The notes beneath the pieces are model-generated. The model had not been told where the DNA came from and did not search any database. It saw nothing but the letters and a program-made list of their open reading frames with translations. A DNA stretch of 64,000 nt, from positions 459,261-523,260 of the forward strand of contig JACKBI010000001.1 in NCBI GenBank assembly GCA_020634615.1. Direction: 5' to 3'. Position numbers and translations under genes: made by a program. Numbering within the stretch: position 1 is the stretch's first letter; every line of letters starts with the position of its first letter. The DNA comes from Anaerolineales bacterium (lineage in GTDB: Bacteria > Chloroflexota > Anaerolineae > JAAEKA01). Of the stretch, positions 59,217 to 64,000 are shown in pieces.

Positions 59217-59227
59217 GCGACAATTTC

Positions 59228-59264
59228 CCGGTCCCGGATGGCCGATATGGCCATCCGGGACCGG
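59228..59264 (+). terminator. perfect 16-bp palindromic hairpin (CCGGTCCCGGATGGCC-GATAT-GGCCATCCGGGACCGG) between the two paralogous giant genes
   Basis: Seen directly, 12 bp after the stop of the first gene. No U-tract. Confidence 0.45.
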
Positions 59265-59300
59265 CTAACTGGCGATGAAGATCGCCTTGGAAGGTGAACG

Positions 59301-62300
59301 ATGAACGAGATCAAGAACAAGGTGTTCAAGGTCTGTCCCAAGACGGGAAGGGTTATTGCTGTGCGCCGGCCAGAGGGTTGGCGCCGGGTTTTTCTGCCGC
59401 TTGTGGGATTTCTGGCGCTGGTATGGTTTCTGATCCGCGTCGTGCCAAAGCCTGCCCGCGCGGCCTATCCCTGCCAGCGCGTTGCAGCGCCACTGGCGTC
59501 AGGGTTCGTCCTGTGGCTGGCAGGCATGGCCGGTGCGTCAGTTGCCTTCAGGCACGCACGTGGCCGCTTCCAGCAAGCCCGCTACCTGACCGGCGCGCTG
59601 GCGGTGTTGATCGCACTGATCGGTGTTGGCTGGGCAGCCGCAACCCTGCCACAAGGCGCGCAGGCCGGGCAGGCCCCCGAACATATCGAGTATACGCCAC
59701 ATCCAGCCAACCAGCCCATCGGCGTCGCCAAAGGCCTGTCACCGGGCCGCGTAGCCTGGTCCTATGATCCTCCTGTCACCGTTTGGAACGGTACCAGCAC
59801 GACAGCCGGCCAGCGCTGGTATGACCAGATCAGCCAGCCGAAGGCCAATGAAATGATGGAGTGGGCGCTGACCGGTTACGCTGGCGCGGGTACCAGCAGC
59901 TCAGCCTGGGATGCGATCTTCCGCTATTTCAACGGCGGCGCGCCCTACCAGGCCGGCGAAAAGGTGTTCATCAAGATCAACCTGACCACGTCCTATTCCA
60001 ACAGTTGTGCCGACAGCAACTACAACTGGACCATCAGCTGCATTGGCTCATCGCCGACAAGCTGGACCTACATCGGGCAATCGCCGCAACTGATGATCGC
60101 CTTATTGAATCAGCTGGTCAACGTCGCGGGGGTCGCCCAGGCCAACATCACTATCGGCGACTCGACCGGCCTGTGGGTCAACGAGCTGTACAACCCGGTC
60201 CATACTGCATTTCCCAACGTTCACTACATGGACGCGCGCGGCACGCTGGGTCGCACAGCGGCCGCCAGAAGCAACGTGCCGCTTTACTGGAGCACCAGCG
60301 AGGCCAACGGCAAAAACCAGGACTACATCCTGCAAGCCATTGCCGACGCGAAGTACGTGATCGACTTTGCCATCCTCAAGGTGCATGAACGCAACGGCAT
60401 TACAGTCACTGCCAAGAACCACTTCGGCTCGCTCAGCGGCGGCAACTCCGATGAGCGCAAACCGCCCACGACCAACTACTACAATATTCATCTGCGGCTG
60501 CCGCTGGAGACCGATTCCAACGCCTGGCCGCAGCGCGGCCAGATGGCGCAATACCGGCCGCTGGTAGACCTCAACGGCCACCAGCAGATGGGCGGCAAAA
60601 CGCTGCTGTACATGATAGACGGCATCTATGGCGGCAAGGGATGGAATGGTGTGCCGTCCAAGTGGGCCATGGCGCCATTCAACGGCCAGTGGCCGGCCAG
60701 CCTGTTCCTGTCCATGGACCAGGTGGCCATCGACTCGGTGGCCTTCGACTTCCTCAGCCAGCAGTGGCCCGATCTGGCCCTGGCCAACGAAGGCGTGCAG
60801 GACTACATGCACGAAATGGCGCTGGCCGACAACCCGCCATCTGGAACATTCTATGACCCAGAGCACGATGGTGTGCGTATGACCAGCCAGGGCGTGCATG
60901 AACACTGGAACAACCCGGTAGACAAGCAGTACACGCGCAATCTGGGGACCGGCAACGGCATCGAGTTGGTCAGAGTTCAGCAGTCTGAAGCATGCGGCCA
61001 ACAGACGGTGCTCTTCATCGGCAGTACAAACCCGCTGGAGAATCGCGATCAGATCCTTGTCAACCACCTTGCCACATCCGGTTACGGGATTACTGTGCGC
61101 AGCCAAACCCAGGCCACTGCTGCCGATGCCCTCGACGCTGACCTGATCATCATCTCAGATTCGGTCGATTCTACCAATGTCAACACGAAGTTTCGCGACT
61201 TAAGTATCCCCGTGATGGTTTGGGAGTCCTCGCTATTTGATGACATGAACATGACGGGCACTGTGAGCAATACGGACTACGGTAGCCAGGCCAGCCAGAC
61301 ACAGGTCAATATCGTGAGTTCCGGGCATCCACTGGCGGCTGGTCTGCCAGCCGGGCTGGTGACGACAACCGCCGCATCCCAGTCCTACCTGTGGGGCAAG
61401 CCGTCCGCCACGGCAGCCGTCGCCGCCCGCATCGCCGGCTCCCCCGACCACGCCGCAATCTTCGGATATGACGCAGGCGATTCTATGGTAGGCATGAAAG
61501 CGCCGGCACGCCGGGTAGGCTTCTTCAACGGCTACGGTTCCGACTTCACAGCAAACGGCTGGGCGCTCTACGACGCGGCTGTCAAATGGGCGCTGGAATG
61601 CGGATCGGTCAGCGGCGGCTTCTCGGTGGTCAACGCCGACACCGGTGAGGTCGTACGATCCCTCAACAACGGCGACACGCTGGAACTGACGACGTTGCCG
61701 GCCAACATCGCTTTCCGGGCCAACACCGATCCGGCGGTCACCGGCAGTGTCGTCTTCAACTTCGACGGAAGCTCGTCCACCGACAACAGCGCGCCTTACC
61801 AGTACGGCGCGGTGCCGCTAGAATGGACTCCGGACGTTGGACAACATACGATCAGCGCCCAACCCTTCTCAGCAGCTGACGGCGGCGGAACGGGAGGCGA
61901 GGCCCTGAGCCTCAGCTTCACTGTCACTAACACGCCGCTGGCCGTCGCGTTGGCTGGCTTCGATGCAACACCGGCCGGGGATCACGTGCTTGTCACGTGG
62001 GAAACCGTGTCGGAGATCGACAATGCCGGCTTCAACCTCTATCGCAGCGCGACTGATGTCGCACCAGAGGAACTTCTGGTCAACATGCCCAGCCAGGCGC
62101 CCGGCAGTGCTCAGGGTGCGCACTACACCTATCAAGACTTCGCCGTTCAGAACGGCCAGAGTTGGTACTACTGGCTGGAAGCCGTCGACCTGCAAGGCGG
62201 CACGTCGTTGCACGGTCCGGTGAACGCGACCGTACAAACGCCGACGGCCGTCACGATCCGTGACCTGCAGGCCGGCGTTGAGCCGCAACCCACTGGCGGA

Positions 62301-62375
62301 CTCTGGCTCGCGGCGCTGGCCGCACTGGTAGTGCTGGCTGGCGCAGTATGGCAAGGCCGACGCAAGCTCACTTGA
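59301..62375 (+). CDS. paralogous giant surface protein (1024 aa): the same 3-TM anchor, DUF362-like and GATase1-like domains, then a distinct C-terminal module ending in a hydrophobic helix plus RRK (sorting-signal-like)
   Basis: N-terminus MNEIKNKVFKVCPKTGRVIAVRRPEGWRRVFLPLVGFLALVWFLIRVVPKPARAAYPCQRV… is nearly identical to the upstream paralog. C-terminus …EPQPTGGLWLAALAALVVLAGAVWQGRRKLT. Confidence 0.65.
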   Translation: MNEIKNKVFKVCPKTGRVIAVRRPEGWRRVFLPLVGFLALVWFLIRVVPKPARAAYPCQRVAAPLASGFVLWLAGMAGASVAFRHARGRFQQARYLTGALAVLIALIGVGWAAATLPQGAQAGQAPEHIEYTPHPANQPIGVAKGLSPGRVAWSYDPPVTVWNGTSTTAGQRWYDQISQPKANEMMEWALTGYAGAGTSSSAWDAIFRYFNGGAPYQAGEKVFIKINLTTSYSNSCADSNYNWTISCIGSSPTSWTYIGQSPQLMIALLNQLVNVAGVAQANITIGDSTGLWVNELYNPVHTAFPNVHYMDARGTLGRTAAARSNVPLYWSTSEANGKNQDYILQAIADAKYVIDFAILKVHERNGITVTAKNHFGSLSGGNSDERKPPTTNYYNIHLRLPLETDSNAWPQRGQMAQYRPLVDLNGHQQMGGKTLLYMIDGIYGGKGWNGVPSKWAMAPFNGQWPASLFLSMDQVAIDSVAFDFLSQQWPDLALANEGVQDYMHEMALADNPPSGTFYDPEHDGVRMTSQGVHEHWNNPVDKQYTRNLGTGNGIELVRVQQSEACGQQTVLFIGSTNPLENRDQILVNHLATSGYGITVRSQTQATAADALDADLIIISDSVDSTNVNTKFRDLSIPVMVWESSLFDDMNMTGTVSNTDYGSQASQTQVNIVSSGHPLAAGLPAGLVTTTAASQSYLWGKPSATAAVAARIAGSPDHAAIFGYDAGDSMVGMKAPARRVGFFNGYGSDFTANGWALYDAAVKWALECGSVSGGFSVVNADTGEVVRSLNNGDTLELTTLPANIAFRANTDPAVTGSVVFNFDGSSSTDNSAPYQYGAVPLEWTPDVGQHTISAQPFSAADGGGTGGEALSLSFTVTNTPLAVALAGFDATPAGDHVLVTWETVSEIDNAGFNLYRSATDVAPEELLVNMPSQAPGSAQGAHYTYQDFAVQNGQSWYYWLEAVDLQGGTSLHGPVNATVQTPTAVTIRDLQAGVEPQPTGGLWLAALAALVVLAGAVWQGRRKLT

Positions 62376-62573
62376 GCCTGCCGATTCAGCCCATCGGTGT
62401 CGGGTGAGCAGCAGTCGCCGGAGCATGACTCCGGCGACTGCGCGCCTCGTGCGACCTGGAAATTGATCTTGTGTTTGACGACGTCTGTGCGCGATAATCC
62501 CGACAATCGCCAGCCGGTTTCCTGACATTGATTTTCGGACAGGATAACAATTGATATTTACTGTGGAGGACTC

Positions 62574-64000
62574 ATGAGAGCGTTGAAGTGGTCGGTTTTG
62601 TTGGCAGTTCTGTTTGTTCTGATTGCTGTTTCCATGGCCAGAATCGCGGGAGCCAGCGGCGGCGGGCGAGTTGGTTTTTCGGGCAACCCGGCCACCAACG
62701 CCGGGCAAAACTGCACGTCATGTCACACTGCGGGCGCCGCCACGCCCGCAGTCGTTATCGCGGGACCGGCGGTAGTGAATGCCGGCGCCACCAACAGCTA
62801 CGTCGTGACCATCACCGGCGGGCCGGGCGTGACCGGCGGGTTCAATGCGTCAACCAGCGGATTTCTGGGCCAGTTCAGCACGGTCGATGCTGAGACCGAG
62901 GTGCTGGCAGGCGAGATCACGCACAACGATCCCAAGTTCTTCAGCGGTGGGCAGGTGCAGTTCACCTTTGACTGGACCGCGCCAGCCAGCGATAGCGTCG
63001 TGACCATGTACGCGGCCGGCAACTCGACCAACGGCGGGGGCAACACGGCCGGCGATGGCGTCAACACCACGTCCATGGCGATCACGGTGCAGAACGGCAA
63101 CCCCAACCCGACCCCCACACCGCCGCCGCCGCCCTCGTCCATCTCTTTGCAGCAAGTGGCCAGCGGTCTGTCGCAGCCGGTAGTGATCACCAACGCCTTC
63201 GACAAGCGGCTTTTCGTCGTCGAGCGCGCCGGGCGGATCCGTATCATCGACGCCAATGGAACGCTGCTGGGGACGCCGTTCCTGAATATCACCGGCCAGG
63301 TCGATAGCACTGAAGGCGAGCAAGGGCTGCTGGGGCTGGCTTTTCATCCCAACTACGTCAACAACGGCTACTTCTACGTCTATTACACCTACGATCCGCC
63401 GGGGACTAATCTGGATCGCACGCGTATCTCGCGCTTTACCCGCAGCGCCGGCAACGCGAACCTGGCCAACGCTGCCAGCGAGCTGATCCTGATGGAATAC
63501 GAGCAGCCCTTTGGCAACCACAACGCGGGTGACATGCACTTTGGCGAAGACGGCTACCTCTACATCGCCTCCGGCGACGGCGGCGGGTCCTACTGGGCCA
63601 GCGTCGGCCAGGTGCCGCCGATGATGTTTAGCCAGGGACCGGGCGATCTGCTGGGCAAGATATTGCGCATCGATGTCAATACGCCGGCCGGTCCTGATAC
63701 CGGTCCCGACTGCACCATCGCCGGCGGGACGAATTACAGTATCCCGCCCGGCAACGCATTCAGCAACGGGACGGGCAACGGCTGCGACGAGATCTGGGCC
63801 TTTGGCGTGCGCAACCCCTGGCGTTTCAGCTTCGACCGCGCCGACGGTTCCGGCTGGATCGCAGACGTGGGGCAGAGCCAGTGGGAGGAGGTGAATCGCT
63901 TCGCCGCCGGCACGGTGGGCGGACTGAACTACGGCTGGTCATGTTTCGAAGGCACGCACGCCACTGCCGAATACTACAACTATTTCGATAACACGGCCTG
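62574..64000 (+). CDS. PQQ-dependent (soluble glucose/sorbosone dehydrogenase-like) sugar dehydrogenase, partial at the window end, with an N-terminal signal and a Cys-containing extension
   Basis: GGAGGA RBS. Signal peptide MRALKWSVLLAVLFVLIAVSMA. GSDH-family blocks (…LLGLAFHPNYVNNGYFYVYYT…NHNAGDMHFGEDGYLYIASGDGG…GKILRIDV…EIWAFGVRNPWRFSFD…). The ORF is open to position 64000. Confidence 0.6.
   Translation, partial: MRALKWSVLLAVLFVLIAVSMARIAGASGGGRVGFSGNPATNAGQNCTSCHTAGAATPAVVIAGPAVVNAGATNSYVVTITGGPGVTGGFNASTSGFLGQFSTVDAETEVLAGEITHNDPKFFSGGQVQFTFDWTAPASDSVVTMYAAGNSTNGGGNTAGDGVNTTSMAITVQNGNPNPTPTPPPPPSSISLQQVASGLSQPVVITNAFDKRLFVVERAGRIRIIDANGTLLGTPFLNITGQVDSTEGEQGLLGLAFHPNYVNNGYFYVYYTYDPPGTNLDRTRISRFTRSAGNANLANAASELILMEYEQPFGNHNAGDMHFGEDGYLYIASGDGGGSYWASVGQVPPMMFSQGPGDLLGKILRIDVNTPAGPDTGPDCTIAGGTNYSIPPGNAFSNGTGNGCDEIWAFGVRNPWRFSFDRADGSGWIADVGQSQWEEVNRFAAGTVGGLNYGWSCFEGTHATAEYYNYFDNTA

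Overview
High-GC window (Chloroflexi- or actinobacteria-like, about 65% GC) with lower-GC accessory patches, mostly read from ORF architecture and motif recall without database searches. Recognisable genes on the + strand early in the window: FdrA-like and DUF1116 (an fdrA-ylbE-like pair), a DinB/DUF664 protein, a membrane-anchored OmpR-type winged-helix regulator co-operonic with a family-5 solute-binding protein, and a LuxR solo HTH regulator. On the - strand: a BMP-family nucleoside-type ABC transporter operon (lipoprotein SBP, two-domain ATPase, two permeases), a DtxR-family regulator with a ferric-type SBP, a UbiB/ABC1 kinase, pgk and gap, a YvcK-like protein, RsmD (+ strand), a VapBC pair, a rhodanese sulfurtransferase, and a sufR-sufC-sufB-sufD operon. 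The suf operon is broken by many frameshifts at homopolymer runs, so it is more likely a low-quality sequence patch than real decay. Its intergenic spacers carry unusual heptamer/octamer tandem arrays arranged as inverted pairs. The rest of the + strand holds a stand-alone GyrA-CTD-like protein, a DDAH-like hydrolase, a beta-carbonic anhydrase and a partial PQQ-type sugar dehydrogenase. Two things stand out. First, a lower-GC island (about 7.9-16.7 kb) encodes nine secreted or membrane hypothetical proteins, and three unrelated genes in it are each preceded by a copy of the same 105-150 bp element (tandem 20-bp direct repeats, a -10-like box, a conserved leader). Second, a tandem pair of giant paralogous proteins (1520 and 1024 aa) share a 3-TM anchor plus a DUF362-like domain, Pro/Thr tandem-repeat linkers and a GATase1-like domain, then diverge into different C-terminal modules (CBM9-like plus a novel repeat domain in one, a sorting-signal-like tail in the other). 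Other large secreted multidomain proteins are present (SH3b-PA14x2, BNR+HEAT, CSLREA beta-helix). No tRNA, rRNA, CRISPR or transposase was seen.
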